Virus record (IMG/VR): IMGVR_UViG_3300031673_000004
Location: 1 to 64,000 of that record
Direction: 5' to 3' (one strand)
DNA length: 64,000 nt
Origin: a virus
Part shown: positions 47,727 through 56,898 of the stretch, in pieces
How positions within the stretch are numbered: the stretch's first letter is position 1
Layout of the letters: the number at the start of each line of letters is the position of its first letter
Notes under the pieces: generated by a model
The model's database searches: none
Told to the model about the DNA's origin: nothing
What the model saw: only the letters and a program-made list of their open reading frames with translations
Position numbers and translations under genes: made by a program

Positions 47727-48850
47727 TGACTATAAAAAAACCAAAAATACTTCATATTGGAGGATCACACTCTGTTCACGTTGCAGATTTGGTTTCAGAG
47801 TTACACGCACAAGGCTATCCTCAGTGTGTACTAAGCTATAAGCGCGGGAACTTACTTCCTAAGCGGGTTCCCACATACTTTTATCCATATAATAAATTCT
47901 ATCCCAATAACACACTTCCTAAAGATGAAGAGTATCTAAAGCGTTATATTTCGAGTATTTTGCAGAAAGAGAAACCAAATATAATCCATGGACACTTTTT
48001 GGCATTTAGTTGCGTAGCGATTAATCTGGCGAGTGGTTTATCTGGACTTCCACTGTATTTGACACCTTGGTCTTCTAGAGCTTGGATTAAGGATAAGGTG
48101 CTGTTTAGTAGGATCAATTATGGAATATCTCGTGCAAAATATTTTCTGTTAGACCAGCGGTGGGTATTTGATATATTCAAGAGTTACTATAAGCATACGT
48201 TAAAAGACAGTATGCATGTACCTTGGAGGATGCCACTGTACCTATCTACACACCATGATTTTACCAAAGAACAAAAGGATACATCTAGGCCAAAGTTGTT
48301 ATCTGCTAGAGTAATGCAGGATAGAAATCATCAGGAATTGTTTGTTCAGGCACTTCCAATTATATTTGAGAAACATCCTGATGCTACTGCTACACTTATG
48401 ATTGGGCAGTCTGCTGCACAAGGAAACAAGTATTTTAATTTGATGGTTGCTTTAGCTAAAAAATTAGGCATTTTCAATAGATGTCATTTTATAAACAGAG
48501 CACTTTCCCAAGTAGAATTCTCTAAGCTGATTAAAGAACACAATATTGTATATTCCGTATCAGAGAGTGATATGGGAGGATCTCAAACTACATATCAATC
48601 TATGTACGCAGGTGCTATTACTATAGTAAAAACTTCTTCATACGGGTACCTGCCACTAGTTCCAAATAAGAATTCCCTCGTGACTGATTTAACTAAGGAA
48701 GCAGTGCAAAAGGTGTTACTATACGCTGCTGATCATGTTAAAGAGTTATGTGGTAAATTTTTTGACAACAGCAGAACGTTACGTCTGGCAAGTAATGAGT
48801 ATATGCTCCCGATTTTAACCAAATTATACGATAAGGAAGTAGTTAAATAG
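47726..48850 (+). CDS. Divergent GT-B (GT4-like) glycosyltransferase, paralog 2
   Basis: KILHIGGSHSVHV, EKPNIIHGH, LLSAR, QSMYAG. Confidence 0.7.
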   Translation: MTIKKPKILHIGGSHSVHVADLVSELHAQGYPQCVLSYKRGNLLPKRVPTYFYPYNKFYPNNTLPKDEEYLKRYISSILQKEKPNIIHGHFLAFSCVAINLASGLSGLPLYLTPWSSRAWIKDKVLFSRINYGISRAKYFLLDQRWVFDIFKSYYKHTLKDSMHVPWRMPLYLSTHHDFTKEQKDTSRPKLLSARVMQDRNHQELFVQALPIIFEKHPDATATLMIGQSAAQGNKYFNLMVALAKKLGIFNRCHFINRALSQVEFSKLIKEHNIVYSVSESDMGGSQTTYQSMYAGAITIVKTSSYGYLPLVPNKNSLVTDLTKEAVQKVLLYAADHVKELCGKFFDNSRTLRLASNEYMLPILTKLYDKEVVK

Positions 48851-48951
48851 ATATGTGCTGCACTAGAAGTATTTGCTAACTGTTGGTGTGGGAAACCTCT
48901 TATCTATTTTGGTAAATAAATTGCTTGGCGCTTAACACAAGGATACAAACC

Positions 48952-49734
48952 ATGAAAATTCAAAAAATAAAAAATCATTGGAATGAATTAGCTGCAGCAG
49001 CGGAACATTCTTATAAGGCATCCTGGGATGATTATTATATGTTGCAGAAAGAAATAGCTGAAATAAGTAATAACATACAGTGTACGGCTTCTATTTGTGA
49101 TATGGGCTGTAACAATGGCTATTGTGATTTCGAGCTTTTAAAAAGACATGACAAACTACGTATTACTGGAATTGATTTCTCAGAGAAAGCAATAGAACAG
49201 GCAAATAAAATCCGTGACGATAGTCCTTACAAGGAACGCTGTACCTTTTTAGTAGGAAATATTTTAGATGTAAACAGTTACCCAGCAGATAAATTTGATA
49301 CCATTATTGTAAAGCGTACTCTAATAAATCTAATAAGTGATGAGGCACAACTACAAGCCGTACATAACTTGTTTTCTATGGTATGGTGTGGCGGGAACGT
49401 AATTATAATGGAAGCTGTTGAGGAAAATTTGCAGAGACTAAACAAGTTACGGGCAGCGTTTGATTTACCAGATCTGGTACAGCCTTGGCACAATCGATAT
49501 CTTAGTAAATCGGTCGTTAATAAACTATCTTTAGATTTTTGTGTGTCACATGACGACGACTATTCTAGTTCGTATTATGTTTTGTCTAGGGTAGTTTACC
49601 CTTGGATTGCTAAGATAACCAATAGTAATGTAGAATATCTAAATGAAATAAACAGAGTCGCAATGTTGCTTCCTAATTTTGGGGACTATGGTATACAGCG
49701 CATATTTATCCTATATAGAAATGGTGAAATTTGA
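48952..49734 (+). CDS. Class I SAM-dependent methyltransferase
   Basis: ICDMGCNNG, ITGIDFS, FDTII.KRTLINL. Confidence 0.88.
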   Translation: MKIQKIKNHWNELAAAAEHSYKASWDDYYMLQKEIAEISNNIQCTASICDMGCNNGYCDFELLKRHDKLRITGIDFSEKAIEQANKIRDDSPYKERCTFLVGNILDVNSYPADKFDTIIVKRTLINLISDEAQLQAVHNLFSMVWCGGNVIIMEAVEENLQRLNKLRAAFDLPDLVQPWHNRYLSKSVVNKLSLDFCVSHDDDYSSSYYVLSRVVYPWIAKITNSNVEYLNEINRVAMLLPNFGDYGIQRIFILYRNGEI

Positions 49735-50801
49735 CAAAGATTTTGCACATAGGTGGTGTGAACTCCCCCCACGTAACTGGGATTTTGGAACAAATTAAAC
49801 AATATACTAACTTTGAGCAGTGTGTAATAAGTTATCCAACTACAATAAAAGATTATGATAAAAAACTTTTTATGGGTATTTCAACATATTACTATAACTA
49901 TCCATTATTTTTCAAAAATAAACCAATTAATGCAGTAGAAAGTAAAAAACTAGAGAAATTTATTGCTAAGGTTATCGCAGCGGAACATCCAGATATAATT
50001 CATGGACACTACTTATCCAAGTGTGCTATGCCTATGTACTACGCAATAGTGTACAGCAACAAGCCAGGAATAGTTGTTCCTTGGTCTATATGGGATATAG
50101 CACAGAACTCACATATGTTTAGTAGAATTAAAGCATGTCTAAATGCTTGTTCTTACGTAATGTGCAACAATACAAAATTTTTGAATGTACTATTAGATGC
50201 ATATAGTCAAAGTAGATCCAAGGGAATATTTTCGTTTCCCCCTGTGCGGTTATACCTATATAAGAACGCTGTACCTAATACGCATGTACCCCGATTGCTA
50301 ATTACACGTACACATTATCAAGCTGCATTCTTTAGTATACTTCCTAAAATAATAAAAATGTTTCCTAACATAGAAATAACTTCTTTATCTCCAGGAAATA
50401 TAGTTCAGTTGTCAAAAAAATTAGGTATATATAATAAAATAACGTTTTTACCAAGTATGCTTACTCAGGAGGACTTTGCTAAAACGGTACAAAACCACAA
50501 TATTGTTAGATCTATGGCACCAGATCATGGAACATCTAGTACAACTATTCAAGCCGCCTACTCTGGGGCGGTTGTTTTGTCACATAAAAGTTCTTGGTCT
50601 TACCTAAAAAATAATGTTAATATTATTGAATGTGATTTAACTGTAGAAGATATTCAAAATAAACTTATTTATGCAATAAAAAATTTGAAAACTCTTTGCC
50701 CTATGTTTAAGAAAAATAACGCTTTCCTTAAAGGTTGGGATGCAGACGTTACTTGGAAAAATTTACTTACAGCATATAGTACGATGCTAAAAGGGAGATA
50801 A
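49731..50801 (+). CDS. Divergent GT-B (GT4-like) glycosyltransferase, paralog 3
   Basis: KILHIGGVNSPHV, EHPDIIHGH, QAAYSG. Confidence 0.65.
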   Translation: MTKILHIGGVNSPHVTGILEQIKQYTNFEQCVISYPTTIKDYDKKLFMGISTYYYNYPLFFKNKPINAVESKKLEKFIAKVIAAEHPDIIHGHYLSKCAMPMYYAIVYSNKPGIVVPWSIWDIAQNSHMFSRIKACLNACSYVMCNNTKFLNVLLDAYSQSRSKGIFSFPPVRLYLYKNAVPNTHVPRLLITRTHYQAAFFSILPKIIKMFPNIEITSLSPGNIVQLSKKLGIYNKITFLPSMLTQEDFAKTVQNHNIVRSMAPDHGTSSTTIQAAYSGAVVLSHKSSWSYLKNNVNIIECDLTVEDIQNKLIYAIKNLKTLCPMFKKNNAFLKGWDADVTWKNLLTAYSTMLKGR

Positions 50802-50802
50802 T

Positions 50803-51831
50803 ATGAAAACTATTTTGATCACAGGTGGCGCAGGCTTCATTGGTTCCAATTTTGTAAAATATATTATGAATAAGTATCCAAAATACAAAATTTTGATATT
50901 GGATGCATTAACTTATGCTGGTTCAGTAGATAATCTTCCACAGCTACTTATAGGAAATGCGTCTGATCGTGGTGAATTTTGGTATGGTAACATTACAAAC
51001 GCTAATTTAGTAGACACCTTAGTACGTAGATCTACTATTATTGTTCATTTTGCAGCGGAGACACATGTAACAAGATCTATTTACGATAATACTTTATTCT
51101 TTCATACAGATGTCTTAGGTACTCAAACCATTGCTAATGCCGTATGTAAGCACAAAAACACTATTGAGCGTTTTATCCATATTTCTACATCGGAAGTTTA
51201 TGGAACAGCACTAACAGAATCAATGGATGAAAATCACCCATTGAACCCGAGCAGCCCATATGCAGCAGCAAAAGTTGGAGCAGATAGGTTGGTTTATTCT
51301 TATTGGAATACATATAAAATTCCTGCAATTATTATTCGACCATTTAACAATTATGGACCAAGACAGCATCTTGAAAAAGTTATTCCTCGTTTTATTACCA
51401 GTAGTATACTAAAAGAACCTATGCGTATTCATGGAGATGGATCTGCGAAAAGAGACTTTGTTTATGTTGAAGATGTATGTAGTGCACTTGATGTTGTTAT
51501 GCACGCTGATCTTAACAAAGTTATCGGAGAGGTATTTAATGTTGGAAGCGGAAAAGATATTTCTATTGGAGATATTGCTAAGACTATAACAAGGGTAATG
51601 CAGAGCAGTAGTAGCACAACTATAGTGGATAGACCAGGACAAGTTATTAGACATACGGCAAATATTAATAAAATACAAAACGTTTTAGGATGGAAACCTG
51701 AAACATCGTGGGTTGACGGCCTCAATAAAACAATTGCCTGGTATAATGCTAATAAGCGTCTTTGGGAGAAACAACTATGGTTGCGTGATATCCCCATTGT
51801 TACTGCCGAGGGAGTAAAAGCATGGCATTAA
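50803..51831 (+). CDS. rmlB: dTDP-glucose 4,6-dehydratase-like NDP-sugar dehydratase
   Basis: ITGGAGFIGSNF, DALTYAG, HFAAETHV, STSEVYG, PYAAAK, NNYGP. Confidence 0.88.
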   Translation: MKTILITGGAGFIGSNFVKYIMNKYPKYKILILDALTYAGSVDNLPQLLIGNASDRGEFWYGNITNANLVDTLVRRSTIIVHFAAETHVTRSIYDNTLFFHTDVLGTQTIANAVCKHKNTIERFIHISTSEVYGTALTESMDENHPLNPSSPYAAAKVGADRLVYSYWNTYKIPAIIIRPFNNYGPRQHLEKVIPRFITSSILKEPMRIHGDGSAKRDFVYVEDVCSALDVVMHADLNKVIGEVFNVGSGKDISIGDIAKTITRVMQSSSSTTIVDRPGQVIRHTANINKIQNVLGWKPETSWVDGLNKTIAWYNANKRLWEKQLWLRDIPIVTAEGVKAWH

Positions 51832-52014
51832 AATCTTTATTGAGACTAATACTTAGTGATTTATCTCGATATAAAGAAACTTATCACATCAGACAAGGTA
51901 GTAAGAATTTTTTCTTGATATGCTTAGAATCAGTTTTATTTAAATATCGTACAAGACATTCCACCTTCTTCGCGTATTTTATCTGCAGATATTGGAATAA
52001 TTCATGAAGATTGA
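51822..52014 (+). pseudogene. Internally deleted CysE/WcaB-like acetyltransferase remnant
   Basis: N-terminus ILSDLSRY...LESVLFK is joined out of frame to NIVQDIPPSSRIL (51943-52014), which resembles a hexapeptide-acetyltransferase C-terminus. Confidence 0.45.
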
Positions 52015-53131
52015 ATTCTACAAACATAACATTGGACTTAGAGAAAAGATAAGCATATGGAAATGCTTAAATTCTACTTTTTTAACTACAGGAGAACATG
52101 TTGTCAAGTTTGAAAGGGATCTTGCAAGGTACTTAACTGTGCAACAGGGCATTGGAGTAACAAGTTGCACTGCTGCGTTACATTTGTCCCTATTAGCTTT
52201 AGGTATTGGTTCTGGAGATGAAGTTATTACCACACCAATGACATTTGCAGCAACTGCATTAGCAATTATACAATGCGGTGCAACCCCTGTTTTTGTTGAT
52301 GTTGAAAAAACAACTGGCAATATGGATACTAATTTAATAAAAAAAGCGATCACAGATAAAACAAAAGCAATAGTTCCAGTACATTTATATGGCCAAATGT
52401 GCAACATGCTAGAAATAAAAAGAATAGCAGACAAGCACAACTTGTTTATTATAGAAGATGCGGCGCACGCATTAGAAAGTTATCGGGACTTTATTAAGCC
52501 TGGGCAAGTATCAACTACTGCATGTTTCAGTTTTTATACTACTAAGAGCATAACATGTGGTGAGGGTGGTGCAATTGTTACAAATTCAGATAGTCTTGCA
52601 AAGAAGATTAGATTACTTAGAACGCATGGATTATCACAAGATGCTGCAAATAGGTATGAAAAATTTAAGCATTGGGATATTGTAGATTTTGGTTGGAAAT
52701 ATAATATGAGCAATATTCAAGCCAGCTTACTTATTCCACAATTGAAAAACGTAGAAAATTATTGGAAAAAAAGAGAAAAATGCTTTAATATATATGTGCA
52801 GGAACTACAGGGCATAGGGGGCGTTCGCATACTCAGTAAAGTACCGAATGCGAAGCATGGGTGTCATTTATTTACTGTACTTGTCGCACCGGACAAGCGG
52901 GATTTGATTGTTAAAAAGTTGCAGAGTGTTGGGATTAACACAACAGTTAATTACAGACCAGTGCATTTATTAAAAAAATTTAGAGAAGTATATGGATATG
53001 ATTGTGGAGATTTTCCAAACGCTGAAGAAATTGGTGCATCAACGATTTCTTTGCCGTTATATCCAAAACTAAAAAATAAAGAAACGCTGTATGTAATAAA
53101 GACTGTTAAAAATATTGTTGGAAGTGTGTAA
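52004..53131 (+). CDS. DegT/DnrJ/EryC1/StrS sugar aminotransferase
   Basis: SCTAALHL, PVHLYG, IEDAAHA, FSFYTTKSITCGEGG, SLPLYP. Confidence 0.95.
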   Translation: MKIEFYKHNIGLREKISIWKCLNSTFLTTGEHVVKFERDLARYLTVQQGIGVTSCTAALHLSLLALGIGSGDEVITTPMTFAATALAIIQCGATPVFVDVEKTTGNMDTNLIKKAITDKTKAIVPVHLYGQMCNMLEIKRIADKHNLFIIEDAAHALESYRDFIKPGQVSTTACFSFYTTKSITCGEGGAIVTNSDSLAKKIRLLRTHGLSQDAANRYEKFKHWDIVDFGWKYNMSNIQASLLIPQLKNVENYWKKREKCFNIYVQELQGIGGVRILSKVPNAKHGCHLFTVLVAPDKRDLIVKKLQSVGINTTVNYRPVHLLKKFREVYGYDCGDFPNAEEIGASTISLPLYPKLKNKETLYVIKTVKNIVGSV

Positions 53132-53149
53132 CTGTAGTAGGGTAATTAA

Positions 53150-54211
53150 ATGAATAACATTTTTCTGATTGTTGGAGCACGTCCTAACTTTATAAAAGCT
53201 GCGGCAATACTTGTAGCGGCAAAAAAGCAGAACGTGGTCATTGACCTAATTCATACAGGCCAACATTATGACGCTACTATGAGTGATATCTTCTTTCAGG
53301 AGTTACATATTGACCCGCCATTGGTTAACTTAGGGATCGCTACTTTAGCTACTTATGGGGAATTTTTATACAAGTGTAAAACGAGATTTATAGAACTGTT
53401 TTCAGTATATAAACCGAAGATTGTAATAGTAGTTGGTGATGTCATAAGTTCGTTAGCTGCAGCATTGGCCGCAAATATCACTAAAACGACGTTAATTCAT
53501 GTTGAAGCTGGTTTAAGGTCATTTGATTATACGATGCCGGAAGAACTTAACAGAATACTAATAGATTCTGTAAGCGATTTTTTCTTTGTCACAGAGCCTG
53601 CTGGAGTTGAAAATCTGAAAAAAGAGGGCAAAGAGCATAATGTATACCTTGTTGGTAACACAATGATTGATACGCTATATGCTAACCTAGCTGCAATAAA
53701 CCATAGAAAATACTGCAGAGAATTACATTTAAAAGAAGATGAATACGTTGTTATGACTATTCACAGACCAAGTAATGTTGGGAGTAATTTAATAGACATT
53801 CTCAAGAACATTAACAAAATAGGCTGTGATCTTCCGATAATTTTTCCGGTTCATCCAAAGATTGGGAGTAACTTAGCGCATTTGAACTTGAAAAATGTTA
53901 AATTGATATCGCCTTTGGGTTATTTTGAGTTTTTATCGTTAGTATTAGATTGCAAATTTGTAATAACGGATTCAGGGGGATTGCAGGAGGAAACAAGCGC
54001 ACTCGGTATTCCCTGCTTGACATTAAGAAATAATACGGAAAGACCTATTACTATTGAAAGAGGAACAAATACACTAGTTGGACAAGATTATCCTGCCTTA
54101 TTGCGTGCAGTTAATAATATTATGGCTAACGAATGTGTAAAACTGGCAGAACTTATTTGGGATGGCAAGGCTGGTAGTAGAATAATTAGTACTCTAAGAA
54201 CCATACTATGA
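53150..54211 (+). CDS. wecB: UDP-N-acetylglucosamine 2-epimerase (non-hydrolysing)
   Basis: GARPNFIK, HTGQHYD, HVEAGLRS, PEELNR, TDSGGLQEE, TERP. Confidence 0.95.
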   Translation: MNNIFLIVGARPNFIKAAAILVAAKKQNVVIDLIHTGQHYDATMSDIFFQELHIDPPLVNLGIATLATYGEFLYKCKTRFIELFSVYKPKIVIVVGDVISSLAAALAANITKTTLIHVEAGLRSFDYTMPEELNRILIDSVSDFFFVTEPAGVENLKKEGKEHNVYLVGNTMIDTLYANLAAINHRKYCRELHLKEDEYVVMTIHRPSNVGSNLIDILKNINKIGCDLPIIFPVHPKIGSNLAHLNLKNVKLISPLGYFEFLSLVLDCKFVITDSGGLQEETSALGIPCLTLRNNTERPITIERGTNTLVGQDYPALLRAVNNIMANECVKLAELIWDGKAGSRIISTLRTIL

Positions 54212-54504
54212 AGAGACTCCATGAAAATAATAATTTAGGTCCACGCGCTCGCATACTAAATTTACAATGGAAAAACTCAAAAACTAAACGTGGGAATAAG
54301 AAAAAGAAAGTACAATCTCACCCAAAAAGACAAAAGAAAGATATAAATAAGCATGATCCTAGAACTAAATCTATAAACTACTCAAACGTAGAACGTAAAT
54401 CAATTAATGAAGGATTATGGCAACAACCTATACAGTTAATGAAAACAGCAATCGAAACACCAGACATTATAATCTACGAAGTAGAATATTTGGATAATGA
54501 ATGA
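54208..54504 (+). CDS. Basic hypothetical protein
   Basis: 98 aa ORF coupled to both neighbours by ATGA overlaps. Confidence 0.5.
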   Translation: MKRLHENNNLGPRARILNLQWKNSKTKRGNKKKKVQSHPKRQKKDINKHDPRTKSINYSNVERKSINEGLWQQPIQLMKTAIETPDIIIYEVEYLDNE

Positions 54505-55256
54505 AACCTAAAGTTTCCATACTAGTTCTCACGTATAATCGTGTTGACCTATCTAGTCGATATATTCCATTATTGCTCGCACATGCGGGTAATGTCCCAC
54601 TAGAAATGCTTATTTGGGACAATGGATCAGACGATGGATCCTATGATTGGGCGTCTGCATTTGGACGAGCAGATTGCAGGGTATCCAAGGTAGTTGGGCA
54701 TGCCAGAAATATTGGCATGGAAGCGTTTAATTACCTTGCAAAAGAGGCAAAAGGGGAGTACATCATCAAGGTAGACGATGATATCGATGTACCGCTATGC
54801 TACGCAGAACGCCTTGTGGGGGCATACGAGTGGGTAGGTGAAGAACAATTGCTTTTTTTGGGTTGGGATATGCCTTGGGCCAGGGGGCCTAAATCAGGGG
54901 GTGATACCTTCGCAACACGGTCAGGAATGAATTTATATCGAGGCACCCGTGGTAAAATTGTCAAAGTAAATGATAAAGACTCAGTTCTTATTCATTATGA
55001 CGCTTCAGAATTCATGATAAACGGAGTATGTAGATTGTCCCCAAGAAACAGATTTTTAGAAATTGGTGGTCACCCAAAGGGGATAATATATGGTGTCGAT
55101 AAACATATAAGTGCCCGTGCTGCAGCACATGGCTATTGGATTGGGTACTTATCTTCTCAGGATCTAGTGTATCATCGAGGGGCAGATGACAAACCCGAGT
55201 ATAGGGCAATGAAAGACAATGAACTACGCAGGGTGAATAGCCCTAAAGATGTATAA
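54501..55256 (+). CDS. GT2 family glycosyltransferase
   Basis: VSILVLTYNR, WDNGSDDGS, KVDDD. Confidence 0.88.
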   Translation: MKPKVSILVLTYNRVDLSSRYIPLLLAHAGNVPLEMLIWDNGSDDGSYDWASAFGRADCRVSKVVGHARNIGMEAFNYLAKEAKGEYIIKVDDDIDVPLCYAERLVGAYEWVGEEQLLFLGWDMPWARGPKSGGDTFATRSGMNLYRGTRGKIVKVNDKDSVLIHYDASEFMINGVCRLSPRNRFLEIGGHPKGIIYGVDKHISARAAAHGYWIGYLSSQDLVYHRGADDKPEYRAMKDNELRRVNSPKDV

Positions 55257-56085
55257 AATGCATAGAGACGGATATAAACCAAAAGTGAGTATTATTATCC
55301 CTGTTCACAATGAGTCAGCAAAGACAGTTCGCTGTTTGGCAAGTATTCGTGCTAATACTAAACTTCCATACGAAATAGTCTGGGTAGATAATAACTCCAA
55401 TGATGATAATTTTGGATTGATAAGAAGGCAGGCCACTAGACCTAATGTACATACAAAACTGATAAAATTGAAACAAAATGTAGGTTTTGTAAAAGCAACA
55501 AATATTGGAATAAAAGAGGCAGAATCGAGCAGTAAGTACATTATTCTTTTGAACAATGATACTGAAGTGAGTAGATATTGGGCTACAAAATTAGTAACAC
55601 CACTGCGAAAAGACGCAACTGTTGGTGCAGTAGGACCAATTACTCAGAGTAGCATATCTTGGCAAGAAGCCACCAATCTCAACCGAAGATGGGATTTGAA
55701 GATTCCAAAGTTTACAAAAGGTGGGGATAACACAAAAAATATCCACAAATATAACGAGATAATATCCCGTAAATTCAAAGATAAATATATGGATATTGGT
55801 GCATTACCTTTGTCATTCTTTTGTGTTGCACTAAGGAAAGAAACATTTGATCAAATTGGATTGTTAGATGAAGATTTTGGTATTGGACTGGGGGATGATG
55901 ATGAATATTGTTTTAGGTTACGTGCGCATAATCTAACGTTGGTTTTAAGTTTGGAAACATTTGTATACCACCACCACAGAACAACTTTCAAAGCGCTAAA
56001 ATTACCTGTAGATTCTATTAGAAGAAAGAACATACGGGTACTCAGAGAAAAAAAGAAAGCGGTCATGCGAGAAGTAAATGGGTAA
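55249..56085 (+). CDS. GT2 family glycosyltransferase
   Basis: VSIIIPVHN, GFVKATNIG, LLNNDT, GLGDDDEYC. Confidence 0.9.
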   Translation: MYKMHRDGYKPKVSIIIPVHNESAKTVRCLASIRANTKLPYEIVWVDNNSNDDNFGLIRRQATRPNVHTKLIKLKQNVGFVKATNIGIKEAESSSKYIILLNNDTEVSRYWATKLVTPLRKDATVGAVGPITQSSISWQEATNLNRRWDLKIPKFTKGGDNTKNIHKYNEIISRKFKDKYMDIGALPLSFFCVALRKETFDQIGLLDEDFGIGLGDDDEYCFRLRAHNLTLVLSLETFVYHHHRTTFKALKLPVDSIRRKNIRVLREKKKAVMREVNG

Positions 56086-56884
56086 TCCAGTCATAAGCAT
56101 TGTAGTTCCGGTCCTAGATCAGCCGGATATGACTGTAAAATGTTTTCATTCTATTCGTACAGTTACTAAACTGCCTTTCGAGGTCATCTGGATAGACAAT
56201 GCATCCATAAAAGACAGTCGGAAAATAATAGCTAGGCAGGCTGATTTATTCAAGGGTAAATGTATCCTGATAAAAAACGATGAGAATAAAGGATTTATCA
56301 AAGCAACCAATCAAGGAATTCAAGCTGCTCGCGGTGAATATATCATTCTGCTAAATAATGATACAGAGGTATTTCCTGATTGGGAAAGCAATCTGATCAA
56401 ACCTCTGTATCATCATGCTAATGTTGGTGTAGTTGGACCTATTACCCAAAGCAAGCTATCGTGGCAAACAAACAAATATTTGAATTATCGTTGGGAAGTT
56501 GGAATTCCCCCGTACAATGATTCTATCAAATTGCATTACTGGATGAAATTAAAAAAAATGCACAAAGATAAATACTTAGATGTCACGGGAATGCCCATTT
56601 CATTTTTCTGTGCTGCGATGCACCGATCACTATTTGATAAAATAGGAGCGCTCTGTGAAGAAATGAGCATAGGTTTAGGAGACGATGACGAGTTCTGCAT
56701 GCGCATGAGGGCTCATGGATATAAACAATGGCTAAGTCTAGGAACATTTGTTTACCATAATCACCGAACAACCTTCAAAGCACTCAACCTGGGAGTGGAG
56801 TCTCTCCAGAGGTACAATATGTGCATATTCAAAAAGAAAGAACGAGAATTACGTAAAAATCCACCAGAACATAGTTTTCAGTAG
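56078..56884 (+). CDS. GT2 family glycosyltransferase (paralog of the upstream gene)
   Basis: GFIKATNQG, LLNNDT, GLGDDDEFC, HRTTFKAL. Confidence 0.9.
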   Translation: MGNPVISIVVPVLDQPDMTVKCFHSIRTVTKLPFEVIWIDNASIKDSRKIIARQADLFKGKCILIKNDENKGFIKATNQGIQAARGEYIILLNNDTEVFPDWESNLIKPLYHHANVGVVGPITQSKLSWQTNKYLNYRWEVGIPPYNDSIKLHYWMKLKKMHKDKYLDVTGMPISFFCAAMHRSLFDKIGALCEEMSIGLGDDDEFCMRMRAHGYKQWLSLGTFVYHNHRTTFKALNLGVESLQRYNMCIFKKKERELRKNPPEHSFQ

Positions 56885-56898
56885 AGTATAATACTCGT

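Noticed and set aside
48837-48875. AAGTAGTTAA as another late-promoter box
   Set aside because: No TAnnnT hexamer at position 31-32
31215-56884. Host O-antigen/capsule locus flanking a prophage
   Set aside because: No wzx/wzy/wzz/ABC genes; interleaved with phage-type thyX, DUF3310, ruvC and homing endonucleases, and continuous with phage replication genes; no integrase or att site seen
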